This document shows positions 25,510 to 38,715 of a stretch of 64,000 nucleotides of DNA, piece by piece; the stretch's first letter is position 1, and each line of letters begins with the position of its first letter. The stretch spans positions 31,312,001 to 31,376,000 of the forward strand of contig NW_024704742.1 in assembly GCF_018977255.1 (NCBI RefSeq). Reading direction: 5' to 3'. This stretch comes from Callorhinchus milii. Its lineage: Eukaryota. The position numbers were made by a program, and so were the translations under genes. A model generated the notes under the pieces. The model did not search any database and had not been told where the DNA came from. It saw only the letters and a list, made by a program, of their open reading frames with translations.

Positions 25510-25660
25510 GGGGGATTGCTGACTAGGAAGAATCTCACTGGAAGAATCTCCCTTCCCTTTTCGAATAGTCCCATGGGATCTTTAATGTCCACTTGAACAG
25601 GCAGATGGATCTCAGTTTAATGTCTCATCTGAGAGTACAACAAGCTCCCCCAGCACTCCG
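25510..25660 (-). mobile_element. SacSINE1-like SINE, middle fragment
   Basis: aatagtcccatgggatctttaatgtccacttgaacaggcag. Confidence 0.75.
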
Positions 25661-26424
25661 CTGGTCAGCCTAGCTCAGAGTCCCAATGTTCTAATGCCAT
25701 CTCCTCTTGCACTGCTCACCTGCAGCTTTCTTCCGTATTGTGGAGTTTGATGGGGAAAGACGGAGAGAGGCAGGCTGATGAACTGCTACAAACCTGAACC
25801 ACTCAGTTGTCCACATTGTTAAGCTAATAGCAGGCAGTTGCCTTTTGTTGGTACATTTTGCTTTTGCCATGTCATGATGCGGGAGGAGAAAAAATAGAAT
25901 GTTTCATCTCTTGTTCACCTAAGCATCTGGCCATTTTTATTCCGGGAGAAGGAAGCATGCTGTAATTTGAAATTGGTCTGCCGTCCCATTAGGAATCTAC
26001 TGATCAATACCAAGTGAATTAGAGTTTCAGTGATCTGATTAACTCCCCATTATTTCCTACACCGACTGATTTAGAATGCATGATGAGACAATATCTCAGT
26101 ATCTTTGCTTTATTTTGGTTGAAATGACATATGGATGTCCGCTGAGAACAGTGCTTGCCCATTCGATTCCAGCTGTATGGAAATAGATGCAGCAGTGCTG
26201 TGGGGGAGCTGGCCTGCTTGTTAGTAGCTGGACTGACACAGGACACTCGAAGGGTAATGTGATGCGTATCTATCTTGGCATTGATACCCGGCTCGCAAGG
26301 AGTGGAAGCAATCACTTGTGAAACATTTACCCTGACGCTCAGCTCAACTTGCCCTCCAACAGTTTAATTGTTGTTTGTCTACCGGCATGATCCAGTGCTC
26401 ACTGGATCATTGTTCCCCATGAGC

Positions 26425-26612
26425 AGAATTGCTCATTTCACTTCATGGCTGTTTGTGGGACGTCGCTGTGTACAAATCGGCTGCCACATTCGCCCAAAAA
26501 CACAGTCACTGCACTTTACAGTGAATCATGAAAAGCTCTTTAAGACGTCCTCCTGACATGAAAAGGACTATATGAAATGTACAGATTATTATATCAAATG
26601 CAAGGATTATTT
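26425..26612 (+). mobile_element. Deu SINE 3' half with duplicated tail
   Basis: ctgtttgtgggacgtcgctgtgtacaaatcggctgcc; two tail units. Confidence 0.8.
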
Positions 26613-27119
26613 AAGGGGAGAACAATAGGCGTCTGGGAGCAACTTGAAAGGAACTAGTCAGGTGCAGGGTTTATATTGTAGTAATTAATTCAAATAATAT
26701 TTATTATTAAGAATATCCAGAGGTGAAAAATCCAATATTTAATATAACCGGTTTAACCGAATTATACAAGTTGAGTTGACTTTAAAAGTCGAGCTAAGCT
26801 GGTATGCCACAAACCGGGTCTGAGATGCAAAGGCAGTGCATTGGATGCTGTAAGCAATTTTGGGGCCCAAGCAATTTTATTATTAGTAATAATAATAATT
26901 CTGATGTCCAGTCTTATTATAATAATTACAACAGTTCATCACACGCAAGAAATAGCAAACAGGTACTGAACTCGACATCCAGTTGCCAAGGGATAGCTGA
27001 TTCCACACATTTGTATTGATGTGTAACACCGATGGAATGGCAACCTGCTGAAGATAGGAATGCACCAATACTGATCTAAAATGTCTGAAATATGAAAGGC
27101 AAAACTTGTGAGGAACAAC

Positions 27120-27310
27120 GGGGTAAATTTTTGCAATTCTTGGTAATTTTTAGTAAATTTAGCTGCACTTCAGGAACATGATACTGACTGAACACTTTAA
27201 CTGGAATGTGAATAGTCATCTGCCAGTGCTCAAATCTGACAAATTAATCTACTTCTAACTGTTCCGCAGTGCAGTTAGTAAAAGTACTAAATCATTAGAG
27301 GTAAAAATGA
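27120..27310. mobile_element. Palindromic MITE-like element
   Basis: tttagtaaatttagctgcacttcaggaaca pairs with tgttccgcagtgcagttagtaaaagtactaaa; starts ggggtaaatttt. Confidence 0.5.
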
Positions 27311-27516
27311 TATGAATCATTTTGCTATCAATTACCAAAGCATTGTATTGTATTGGAGAATTTCATACCTTTAGCTGTAGTTATTTTTAGGGCTCACACC
27401 CAATACCAAATATAATACAAAATTACATTTGTATAGTGTCTTTCACGTCGGGAGGACGTCACAATGTACACATACTGGAGTTGAGAAATCTGTCTGCAAA
27501 ATTAACACCAGAATAA

Positions 27517-27611
27517 TGTATGTGACACTCACCACATGTATGTCACACTGACCATGTGTATGTCACACTGACCATGTGTATGTCACATTGACCATGTGTA
27601 TGTCACACTGG
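27517..27611. repeat. 20-bp minisatellite, about 4.7 copies (tgtatgtcacactgaccatg)
   Basis: Direct tandem units with no spacers. Confidence 0.95.
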
Positions 27612-28024
27612 CTACTGGAGCTGCAGTTGAGTTTTCGGACATTGCACATAGGGTCATCTGCATTAGAGGTGCTTTATATTCCGAGATCAGTCCTGCCGAC
27701 AAGTATTTTCTCAACCCCATTGAGACATTATTACAGTTAAGGTCAGACGAATAGAGGCTCGAAGCTGCAATAGCCTAGCTTCACAACAAACCACTTGACA
27801 TGTGCAATAGTCTGCAGGTCTAACGAAAACTATTAGCTTTGAACAAAAAAATTCAAACCTGTAACCTTACGCTGGCTGGACCTGGGATTGCAGATATTCA
27901 TATCTCTAGACCATCAGTGGAGCAACCACACAACTTTATACATTTATACTTGCTGTGAAATAGAATAGTGAATGAAAATAATAATAATAAATAACAATAA
28001 TAATAATTAGTATTATAATACTAA

Positions 28025-28678
28025 TCTTTCCTCCCCCGCATCTGGTCCCTGACCAGTACCACCTTCTTCCACCTCCGCCACATTGCCTGCCTCTGACCAT
28101 ACCTTACCCCAAATGCAGCTGAAACCTTCTTGCATGCATTTGCCACCACCCGCAAGGATTACTCCAATGCACTCCTTACCGCTCTCCCCAGCTCCACAAT
28201 TCACAAGATCCAGCTCATTCATAACTTTGCCGCCCGCATACTGACCCGGACCAAACTCCGTACCACATCTCACCAGTTCTGCCCAGGCTTCACTGGTTTT
28301 CCATCACTGAGCAGTTCGACTTCAAGATTCTCACTCTCGTATTCAAATCCCTTCATTCTCTGGTACCACCCTACCTCTCCGACCTCCTCATTCCACAATC
28401 CACCACCTGGTGCCTCCGCTCGACTGGCATCGGCCTCCTGTTCATCCCTCGCACCCTCCACTCCACCACCGGAGGTCGCGCTATCAGCCACTATGTCCTG
28501 AAACTCCCGCCTGAAAACCTTCCTCTTCAACTGTGCCACCTCCCCTTCACCAGCTTAGAGACAGGCTCTGCCACTGTTAAGTGCTGTGAGACACTACCCT
28601 GCACGAAAGGCATAATATAAATGCAAGTTGTTGTTGTGCAATACAATACACTATACAAATGTAATTATTATTATTGTT
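28025..28678 (+). mobile_element. L2 3' fragment with two successive tails
   Basis: HAFATTRKDYSNALL...IHKIQLIHNFAARIL; tails end at 28637 and 28678. Confidence 0.85.
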
Positions 28679-30100
28679 ATACTATGAAAACACATTACTG
28701 TGAAATAGAACAGTGAATGGAAATAAAGGAGTTTACCAAGGGAGGAACAAGCAATATTTATGTAAATACAAGATAAACCTATAATTAGGCTGGACTGCAT
28801 TGTAGCATAAATACTCTGTGAATAATATGACTATAAATAAACCTGCCTATCATAGAAATGAAATATTTTTGTATATAATTTTAACATGGTGAAAAAGACA
28901 AAACTGTTGAGGCAGATAGTTAGGACCTGTAACAGACTGAACTAGTTTTGATGGTCAGTTTAGATAACAATTAATGGAGTGACACTATATACTGTTAAGA
29001 CAAAGAGGACTAATACATTTCTTGGTGTCTTGAACTCAGACACATAACTGATTAGATTTGTGCAATTTGAGTTTTTGAGACTTTCCTTAACACAGAGTCC
29101 TCTTCAGAAAGGGATGAAAGCACTTTTGCAACACCGAATTATGGGATTACTCAGGCACGGAAATGGTTGCAATTGCAATATCACTCTGAAGGCAGTGCAG
29201 GTGAACGGGCTTTCGGCTGACTAAAGAGATTACAAATTTGGAATTTAATCTCCGCAAAAGTTACTCTGCTCCAGTTTAGTAATGAAAAGTCACCTTTTCG
29301 GTTCATATCACTGGGGGAAAAAGCTTTTGATTTCATGAAAACGCACTAAATCATTTTGGACAGGTGCCATGTGAGGGGACTTTATTCTTGATTAGTGTTG
29401 TTTGAGTTTTTTCAATTTAATAAAAAGAATAAATTGGGACACCTTTATGGCTCCTTTTTTTTGCTCCTTGCTTTTTTATTTAATTACATTTCTGTAAATC
29501 CTTCTGTAAAGCCTTCCTGATTTAAAAGTTGATATATTTATGTGGCGCTGAAAAATGGAAAAAAAAAACTGCAAAAGATATGGAAGAAAATGATTTTATT
29601 TGTTATTTTACTGTCTGCTGCCATCTGTATATAAATGCCATGGAAAACTGGTCGCCAGGGACCAACTGGGATATAGAGCCCAAAGCATCGCACTAGCATT
29701 CTGTGAGCAATCTCCTGCTTACTTCTTTCCTTGTGTGGGTACAACAACAACAACAAAATTACATTTGTATAGCGCCTTTCACGTCGGGAGGACGTACTAA
29801 TAGTAGTTAATGTTAAGGTACATTAGGTAAGGTATTTTGCACAAGAAGTAACAGATATGATTACACAATGATACATATATCAGTAAATTAATCAGATGAG
29901 TAAAACAAATCTAGGTGTAATATTTGATCAAGTAATAGAAATATTATCACAATATATGGCTATGGTTGGAAGACAAATGTGAATTCAATCAGAACCTTTC
30001 AACTCTTAGAAAGTGATGTCTTTAAAATATCATGAAAAACAAGTGAAACAACTATTGACCAATCTGTCCTCCTCCACTGCCTCTCCTCTCACCTCAACCT

Positions 30101-30378
30101 AGAGCACTCGCTTTGCAAGTGAGAGACCTGAGTTCAATTCCAGGCAGGGCGAAACCTTGGGCAAGTTTCCTTACTCCACATGCCTAATGATAATCCCTCC
30201 AAAAACAATAATAAATTGGTAATTTTCAATCTACGACTGTTTGGGGGACATTGCTGTGCCGCGTTTGCCCACAAATATACAGTCAATTCACTTTACAGTG
30301 TGTTCTGTGAAGCGCTTTGGGACGTCCTCCCGACGTGAAAAGCGCTATATCAAATGCGAGGATTATTATTATTATTAT
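30101..30378 (+). mobile_element. Young short-form SINE inserted in L2
   Basis: Closely similar to 9284-9604; TSD aacct on both sides. Confidence 0.9.
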
Positions 30379-30850
30379 AACCTTCATAATTCTGTCCTTA
30401 AATGGTTCAGATCCTACCTCTCACATCATCTCTACTTCATCTCCACGAATGATTTCTCCTCTAGCCCCCGCACTGTCTTGTGTGGTGTTCCTCAGAGCTC
30501 TGTCCTTGGTCCACTTCTCTTCAATATCTATATGCCCCTCTTGGTGGCATCATCCACAGACATGGGGTCAACTTCCACATGTATGCGGATAACACCCAAC
30601 TCTATCTCTCTGCCTCCATCCTCAACTCCAGGACTGCTGCTGTCCTGACAGAATGTCTGTCAGACATCAAGTCCTGGATGAGAGCTAACTTTCTACAGTT
30701 GAACGTCCACAAGACCAAGTCTCTCTGATTGGCTCCCATCAGCGCCTCCTCACCTCAGGCACTGAAGGGCATTAGCATCCAAGGATGCACACTCCACCTC
30801 ACTGAGTCAGACCGAAAAATTGGCATCTTCTTTGACCCTCAACTATCCTT

Positions 30851-31162
30851 TAATAATAATAATCCGTGCATTTGATATAGCGCTTTTCATGTGTTCTGGA
30901 CGTCTCAAAGCGCTTCACAGAATATACTGTAAAGTGAATTGACTGTATACTTTGTGGACGAAACACAGCAGACAATTACACACAGCAGTGTCCCACAAAC
31001 AGTCGTGGATTGAAGTGACCAATTTATTATTGGTTTTTTTCTTGAGGGATTATTATCAGGCGTGTAGAGTAAGGAAACTTGCCCAAGGTTTCACCCTGCT
31101 GGGAATCGAACCCAGATCTCTCACTTGCCAGGCAAGTGCTCTAACCACTGAGATACAGAACT
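30851..31162 (-). mobile_element. Short-form SINE inserted in L2
   Basis: Nearly full length; tccttt on both sides. Confidence 0.9.
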
Positions 31163-32564
31163 CCTTTCCACCCCATGACCCGCTCTGCCTTCCCCCACCT
31201 CCGCAACATCGCCCGGCTCCACCACTGTCTCACACTGCAGGCTGCCGAGACCCTCATACATGCATTCATAACATCCAAGCTTGACTATGCAAACTCCCTG
31301 CTTGTCGGCCTCCCCAACTCCTCTCTCCATAGGCTGCAGATCATCCTGAACTCTGCAGCCCGTGTCCTCTCACGCACCAGGCTCCGTGACCTTATCACAC
31401 CCATCCTGTCCGACTCCACTGTTTCCCATCACACAGAGAATGCAGTTCAAGATCTTGGTCCTCACCTTCAAAGCCCTCCAAGGCCTTGCTCCTCCCTATC
31501 TCTACAGCCTTCTCACCCCTATCAATCTGCTTGCTTCCTCTGCTCAGCGGGCTCCGGCCTTCTTCACGTACCCCGCCTCACCTGCCCAACCATTGAAGGG
31601 TGGGACTTCAGCCATTCTGTCCCCACCCACTGGAACTCCATCCCTCAGTCCCTCCACCTCTCCCCCTCCCTTGCCTCCTTCAAGATCCGTCTCAAAAACC
31701 TGCTCTTCGATCGTGCCTTTGATCACCCTCCTTCCACCTCTGCCCTCCACCCTCCCCGATCCCGAAGCCCAGCTTGCATCCAAAACACTGATTGTCCAGT
31801 GCCTTCGGACGTCCTCCCAACATGAAAGGCGTTACACAAATGTAATTTTGTTGTTGTTGTATCATGTCCTTCCTGTACTTAACAAATAGACAGAAAGCGA
31901 TCTGAGACACTACCCTGCGTGAGGAGTGCTATATAAGTGTAAGTTGTTATTGTAGACAGAAGCAGTGGAAAGCATTCAGAAAATCAAATGATAGGGTTTT
32001 GCTGAGAAAGGTTCCCCTAAAGTCCTTCAAAAGGTCTGAAAGAAACTTGCCGACCGCTAAACAGCCTGTGCTGGTGTTCCAGTCTGTGTTTTCCTTGTAG
32101 GGTTTTTCCCAGCAAATTTGTCCTGCGATTTTAGTCGTAAACCCAGAAGTCATGTTTCTGAACAACAGTGATTGTTATTTTCCGATGCTGCATTTTTGAC
32201 CCCAACAACTTCAGGTCATGTGGAAATTTTCAAGGCTGGCTTTCTGCCATAATGCAAAGATCACACGATGACATTACAATGGGGTAAAGCTTTCCACACA
32301 AGCTCGCAGAGCAGGCGATGTCCCTTTAAAGGAGAAGTGGTTCCATGCATAAGTGTTTTGTAAACTTTCCATGCGCAAATTGTATTGGAAGCGTTTTTGT
32401 GTCACCAGCGAACACCATCACAAAATAACGGGGGGGTTTCTACTATGGGTAGAGAATTTGTCGGTGGCAGCTTCTAATGGAAAATCTTGTTCTGTGCATT
32501 CAGTTTTGGAAACTGCACCTCAGGAAAGATATATTGGCCCTGGAGTGGGTACAGTGCTGATTCA

Positions 32565-33028
32565 CCAGAATGATACCAGGGCTTAAAAGGTTAAATTATG
32601 AGTACAAGTTTCATAAACTTGGTCTCTATTCCTTGAGTTCAGAAGGTTGAGAAGTGATCTAACTGAGGTGTTTAAAATGATGAAGGGGTTCGATCAGGTA
32701 GATGCAAAGAACCTATTTGCTCTGGTGGGGAATTCAGAACAACGGGACATAATCTTAAAATTAAAACTAGGCCATTTACAAGTTAAATCAGGAAGCACTT
32801 TTTCACACAAAGGGTAGTGGAAATCTGGAATTCTCTCCCCAAAAGGCTGTAGATGCTGGATCAATTAACAATGTCAAGACTGAGCTTAATAGATTTTTGT
32901 TTGGTAAGATTATCAAGGTATATGGAACCAAGACGGGTAAGTGGGATTGAGGGACAGATCAGCCATGATTTAGTAGAATGGCAGAACAGGCTCGAGTGTT
33001 GAATGGCATATTCCTGTTCCTATGTTCT
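32565..33028 (+). mobile_element. CR1 3' fragment, distinct subfamily
   Basis: KLGLYSLEFRRLRSDLTEVFKMMKGFD; tail gaatggcatattcctgttcctatgttcta. Confidence 0.9.
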
Positions 33029-33093
33029 AAGACAAGTAAAAGGAACACAATAGGGACCAATGTGGCTTCTCTTCTGGATTTTCTCCCTCCCAG

Positions 33094-33124
33094 AACAATA
33101 AAAGGTTTGCTGAACACTTTTAAG
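33094..33124 (+). other. Candidate 31-nt micro-exon
   Basis: ttttctccctcccag|...AAG|gtgagt. Confidence 0.25.
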
Positions 33125-34714
33125 GTGAGTTAATATCCCTTTAACATGAGAGGGGACGTTTATTAAACGATGTACTGTAGGGGAACATGGGGAAATGATT
33201 CACTTCGGCATCTCCTTTTAATGTCCATACAGATAGGAGAAAGTGCTGACGTTGAATCATTTCCCCATGTTCCCCTACAGTGCAGCTGAGCTGTTGTGGG
33301 TACACCATCTGTTTTGTGCCGAAAGCTACATCACTTCCCAGTTTACATAAGGCAACTGATTGAATAGCGACTGTGTTTGACTGTACTGTGCTGTAAATAA
33401 CACAACAGACTTTTCTGGTGTCAGCTGAATCAAGAGAGTAGCATAGCATAACAAGACAATGTTATATCGCCCTTTAATGCCTCATGTTGAATGATGCTGT
33501 AATGAACTTGCGTTTATATTTCTGATGATTTGTAAGCGTGAATGTTTCTGCAATTGATTCATTAAAGAATACACACTGATTAATTATTATTAATTAGTTT
33601 TAGATTGCTCAACTGTGTGATCGAGCTCTCTGTCTCTCATACACTGCAGTCAGTTCTATTGCTGTTTAACAAGCTATAGCCTGTCGCCTTCAAACCAGTA
33701 TATCATTTGTGGGGCGGGCAGCAATCCACCCCTGAATGGAATTCACTGTGAAAAGGAAAAATGTTTCTGTGGGTTGATATTTTGATTTCCATTTTCAGCA
33801 GCTTTTAAAGTCATTTACTCACACTTGAGCCACTTTGACAAATAAAGCTCTGCTTTGTGAAGCTCTTCAAGACATTGCAGAGCGTGAAAGACACTGTATA
33901 AATGCAAGTTGTTGTTGTTGCTGTTTTTGTTAAGTATTAGTACTGTTAACAGTCTCACTTGCAGTGATACAGTGAGTTCTTATAGATGCTGCAAAGATTC
34001 CATGACTGGGTCAACCTTGGGCCTTATTAAAGGCTATTAGTGAAGATTGGGTGATATATGCTATTGTATTTAGTCAACGCAGTTCTGGATCTCCACTGGT
34101 GGGAAGTGTCAGCTCGCTTGATCTACGTTTCCATTTCGCCTAAGGCTGGTACATGACAGAAACACCAGCCGAGTCCATTTGTTCAGTAGCAGCAGTAACA
34201 GCTGCTTCATTGATACAACATAAATAATGGATAATTAAAACTGGCCCAGTTAATGGGAGACCAAGTGGTAAAAGAACATCAGTTACAATATTTTTATTAC
34301 CCTTTGGAGACAATTACAGGGCATACGCTCATCAACTACCCTAACTGAAGACCATTAGAGATCCCCAGATGGAGCTGATGTGAACGGCTCATGTAGAGTG
34401 CAGCTGCTGAGATGGTGGATTTTTTTTCAAGCAACTGGCCATTAAAGTATCATATGTTTAAATAATAAATTTGTCTTAAATAGATTTGCATCATTTATTC
34501 GATGGCCGTGAGGATTATCGCTATTTCATGCTATTTCAGGAATAAAAATGATATTCCACATGTGTGAAATAACCTCACAGCTGGGCTGGCCTTAAATGGG
34601 CCGGTCACTTTGTTCTCTGGTTGTTATCAATCCTCACAGTTTTGTGGGGGAGAAATGTGGTTTGTTTTTATTGACATGACAGGGCACATGTATATTGTGT
34701 GCATTATTCACTTA

Positions 34715-34927
34715 TTCCCTCCCACAACCTTGTTCCCTCCCTCAATTTTTTCAAGGTCCATCTCAAGACCTACCTCTTTGAACTTCCTCTTTGGTCAACT
34801 TTGCCTTCCCCATCCTCCTCAGCTCCCAACCTCAGCTCGGGTGCCAAACCAGTACTGTTAAGCTCCTCGGGAAATCCTCTTGTCATGAAAGGCGATATAT
34901 ACAGTACATGTAAATTTGTATTGTATT
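34715..34927 (+). mobile_element. L2 3' fragment
   Basis: ttcaaggtccatctcaagacctacctcttt...catgaaaggcgatatatac. Confidence 0.8.
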
Positions 34928-35143
34928 AATGAATCCTTTCTCCTTGAGTGAGAGTTGTTAGGACTGGAGAAAGCAACATTTTGGACACTTGCCACATGAA
35001 TGCCAGCATCAAGCTCTCACAGGTTAGCTATAACCTGGCTGAGATGCAGAATAAAGGTCCTTCCGCTGTGCTGTAATTTTTGTTTGTTCAGTCAGGTGTC
35101 TGATATAATGCAACATAATATATATAGTCCAACACCATACATA

Positions 35144-35413
35144 TTTCCAGGCAGGGCGAAACCTTGGGCAAGTTTCCTTACTCCACACGCCTAATAATAA
35201 TCCCTCCAAAACCAAAAACAATAATAAAAAAAATTGGTCACTTTCAATCTACAACTGTTTGTGGGACATTGCTGTGCGCAATTGGCTGCCGCATTCGCCC
35301 ACAAATATACAGTCAATTCACTTTACAGTGTGTTCTGTGAAGCGCTTTGGGACGTCCTCCCGACGTGAAAAGCGCTATATCAAATGCAAGAATTATTATT
35401 ATTATTATTATTA
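35144..35413 (+). mobile_element. Young short-form SINE, 5'-truncated
   Basis: Closely similar to the copies at 9284, 30101 and 60292. Confidence 0.9.
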
Positions 35414-35658
35414 TACTTATAAGTATCCTAACCAGACTGAGAGTTCTACATATCTGTGCCAGCTAACATGAAAATTTTCGCTGTGCCTGGAATGGAATTC
35501 ACTCTACCCCTGGAGGGATACAATACACCCTACTAATTTAATCCTACATGTTAACAAGAGCCAAGCCTTGGGGACCCAAGTGCTGGAGTTTAACCAGTTA
35601 AAACCACATTTGGTTGCCATGAGAGCATTGTCTGGCAAGCTTCTTGCTTGCCAAAAAA

Positions 35659-36790
35659 ATTTCAATGAAGTGACTGAGAGGGTGGATGAAGGTAGTGCAG
35701 TAGATATAGTTTATCTAGATTTTGAAAAGGCATTTGACCAAGTGCCACATAAGAGACTTATAAACAAAATAGAAACCCACGGTATTAAAGGGACTGTGGC
35801 AACATGGATCCAGAACTGGCTAGGAGACAGAAAGCAGAGAGTGGTAGTAAACGTTTGCTTCTCTGACTGGAGGGAGGTGTGTAGTGCTGTCCCTCAGGGA
35901 TCGGTATTGGGACCACTGCTCTCTCTGATCTATATTAATGTTTTAGACCTGGATATAGGGAGCACAAATTCCAAATTTGCAGACGATACTAAGCTAAGAG
36001 GACTTAGACAGATTGGTAAAATGGGCAGAACCGTGGCAGATGAGATTTAATGTGGAGAAATGCGAAGTGTTGCATATTGGTAGGAAGAATGAGGAGAGGC
36101 AGTATAAGCTGATGGTACAATCTTAAAGGGGGCAAATGAACAGAGAGACCTGGGGGTCCACATAAGCAAATCTCTGAAGGTGGCCGGACAGGTAGATAAA
36201 GCTGTTAACAAAGCATATGGAATACTGAGTTTTATAGATAGGGGCACCGAATTCAAAAGTCAGGAGGTTATGTTGAATATTTATAAATGCTGGTTAGGCT
36301 TCAGTTGGAGACTCCGTTCAGTTCAGGAATGAAGGACCTTTGTCATGAAGAGTGGTTAGTGAAACTAGGATTATTCTCCCTAGACCAGAGAAGATTAAGA
36401 GGGGATTTAATAGAGGTTTTCAAGATCATGAGATGATTTGATAGGTTGAACCGGGAAAAACTGTTTCCACTGGTATGTGGGTCTGTAACCTGAGGACACC
36501 AATTTAAGATAGTTGTTAAAAGAAACAGAGGGGAGGTTAGGAACATTTTTTTCACCCAGCGAGTTGTTTGGATCTGGAATGCATTACCTGAAAGGGTAGT
36601 GGAAGCCGATTCAATAACAACTTTTAAGAGAGAAGTAGATGGGTATTTGGGGAGGACAGGATTGCAGGGGTATGGAGAGAAACCGGACTAGGGAGATTGA
36701 GTTGGATTGCTCTTTTAGGAGCCGGTGCAGACGCGATGGGCCGAATGGCCTCTTTCTGTGCTGCATAATTCTATGATTCTACGATTTCAT
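35659..36790 (+). pseudogene. CR1 LINE ORF2 3' fragment with internal deletions
   Basis: [37 protein letters not shown]; tail gggccgaatggcct...attctatgattct. Confidence 0.95.
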
Positions 36791-37626
36791 GCTGCTTGTC
36801 CTGCTGGGACAGCCATACCAATCAGGGGTTTGACTTGCAGGGTTAACAGGAGCTGAGTGAGAAGATTCCCTGATCTCAGTGACTGATCTGATCCTCCTGC
36901 CGATGAGCCAGGCTGACTGATCTGTCATGACCAGTGCCTTGGAGTACTGCTGAGGAACTGGATTACTGAGACATCTACAGAGGAGTGGTTCAATTCTTAC
37001 ATTCCATTGCCAAGCACATCACTTTTGAGCCAATGCAGGCAAGGAGACCCCATTCAACTTTCATTGAATGATTAAAAATCCACCAACATGCTTTTTCTAC
37101 TCCACCCTTTGCTAATTGATTCCCTTCAATTACATACACATGTCCCCTATTCTTTGTTTTAATGTACATTAACTTTTATTTATTTATCCATATTAAAATG
37201 CAGCTGCCTTTCCATCTGCCGATTTGGTCCAGATATTTAAGGCAACCTTTCTCCTTTATATTATTTGAATTGGGGGATTGTTGGTCAGAACTTTGTTCAT
37301 CAAGTCTTTATTTTCTTGAGCTTGAGAGCTTGAGATCACTTGGACTTGAGATTCTTGAGATTCTTTTATATAACTGTGGTGGGCAAGTGGGTCCCACTTG
37401 CCCACCACATCACGCCCCCCACCACCCCCCTCTTCCCAGAAGTGAATTCTCCTCTTCACTGTCTAGCCTTTCTTAATGCCATGCCTGAAGATACAGTCCA
37501 GAGCAATGCTATCGTAAGAATGTCCTGATCACTGATGTGTTTCCCCAACAAAGCAAAGTATGACCATGTGATTTTGCATCAGATCATCACGTTCATCAAA
37601 ATATGGATCAGAAGCCCTAACTAGAT

Positions 37627-38055
37627 GTCAGCCTTGGATCAGTTGGTAACACTCCCATCTTTGAATCAGAAGGTTATGGGCTGACTCCCCACGTCAGACT
37701 TTGAATTCATGTTCTCGGCTGACACACCAATACTGTGCTCCATTGTTGGGGGGTGTGTACCATCCTTCAGCTGAGAGTTAAATCAAAGTTCTGTGTGTCT
37801 CTTCAGATGTATATTAAAGATCCCATGGCACTATTTGAAAAGACGAGTTTCTCCGAATGTCCTGGCCAACAAATGCCCCAATAAAAAAATGTCACTCATT
37901 TCATGGCTGTTTATGGTTTATTATTGCTGTGCATAAATTGGCTGCTGTGTTTGCCTACAAAATACAGGGTCACTACAAAATCACAAAAAAACTTTGTGAA
38001 GAGCTTTGAGACATCCCAATGTGCTAGATTCTCTATCACATGCAAGAATGCTTCT
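37627..38055 (+). mobile_element. Near full-length SacSINE1-like SINE
   Basis: gtcagccttggatcagttggtaacactc head, middle, Deu-like domain and tail. Confidence 0.85.
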
Positions 38056-38469
38056 TCTTATAACTACCTTTTGAACTAAATTAATGGCAAGTAAAAATTT
38101 CACAACTGTTTTGACAAATTGATCCTTTGAACAATAAAGCTGCATTTTGAGGTGGTTGCTTTGTAGAAGAGCAGGAAATATTACTGAATGAGAAGATATA
38201 AGTAAGCAAAAGAGCAGCATTATAACATGGTTTCACTAGTCATGTCGGACTTCCAAAGGCCAAAGTGATCAAACAATAAAGCAGGCAGAAATCAGAAGTA
38301 AGCAGTTAATTCTGAGAGAATGTATTTTTGTTCATTGTTAATATTTAACATTGTTACATTAAAAAGGCAAATTTGTATTCCATATTTAGCAAATAATTGA
38401 TTCCCTGTCTTGATGAATTGGATGTAAAAATAAAGAATCTTTGCCTATTTGCTTTGCCTTACATAATCA

Positions 38470-38715
38470 TAATAATAATGATTGTTGCATTTGATATAGC
38501 GCCTTAACATGTTGTTGAGATGTCTCAAAGCGCTTCACAGAATATATCTTGTAGAGTGGATTGACTTTATATTTTGTTGGCAAAACACGTAAATATATAT
38601 ATAGATATAAATAAATATATAAATATATAGACATGAACACAGAGCTGCCCCCCCCCAACCCCCACCTTGTTTGAAATCATCTGTAGCTTTGACTCTCATA
38701 TATATATATATATTT
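38470..38715 (-). repeat. SINE tail (38470-38590) followed by (TA)n-rich microsatellites
   Basis: Direct reading. Confidence 0.8.

Larger units (their letters stand above)
30055..31860 (+). pseudogene. L2 LINE ORF2 3' part, split by two SINEs
   Basis: [47 protein letters not shown], (TTG)n tail. Confidence 0.95.

Noticed and set aside
27517..27611. Regular repeat array
   Set aside because: No spacers or cas genes and a eukaryotic context; a minisatellite, not CRISPR
30096..30430. SINE insertions about 45 bp apart in L2 coordinates here and at 60550
   Set aside because: Different target sequences and only two events; compatible with chance
35259..35471. Recurrent peptide [32 protein letters not shown] (also 9243, 30241, 60078)
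   Set aside because: Translation of the SINE body; non-ATG starts and variable frames in other copies
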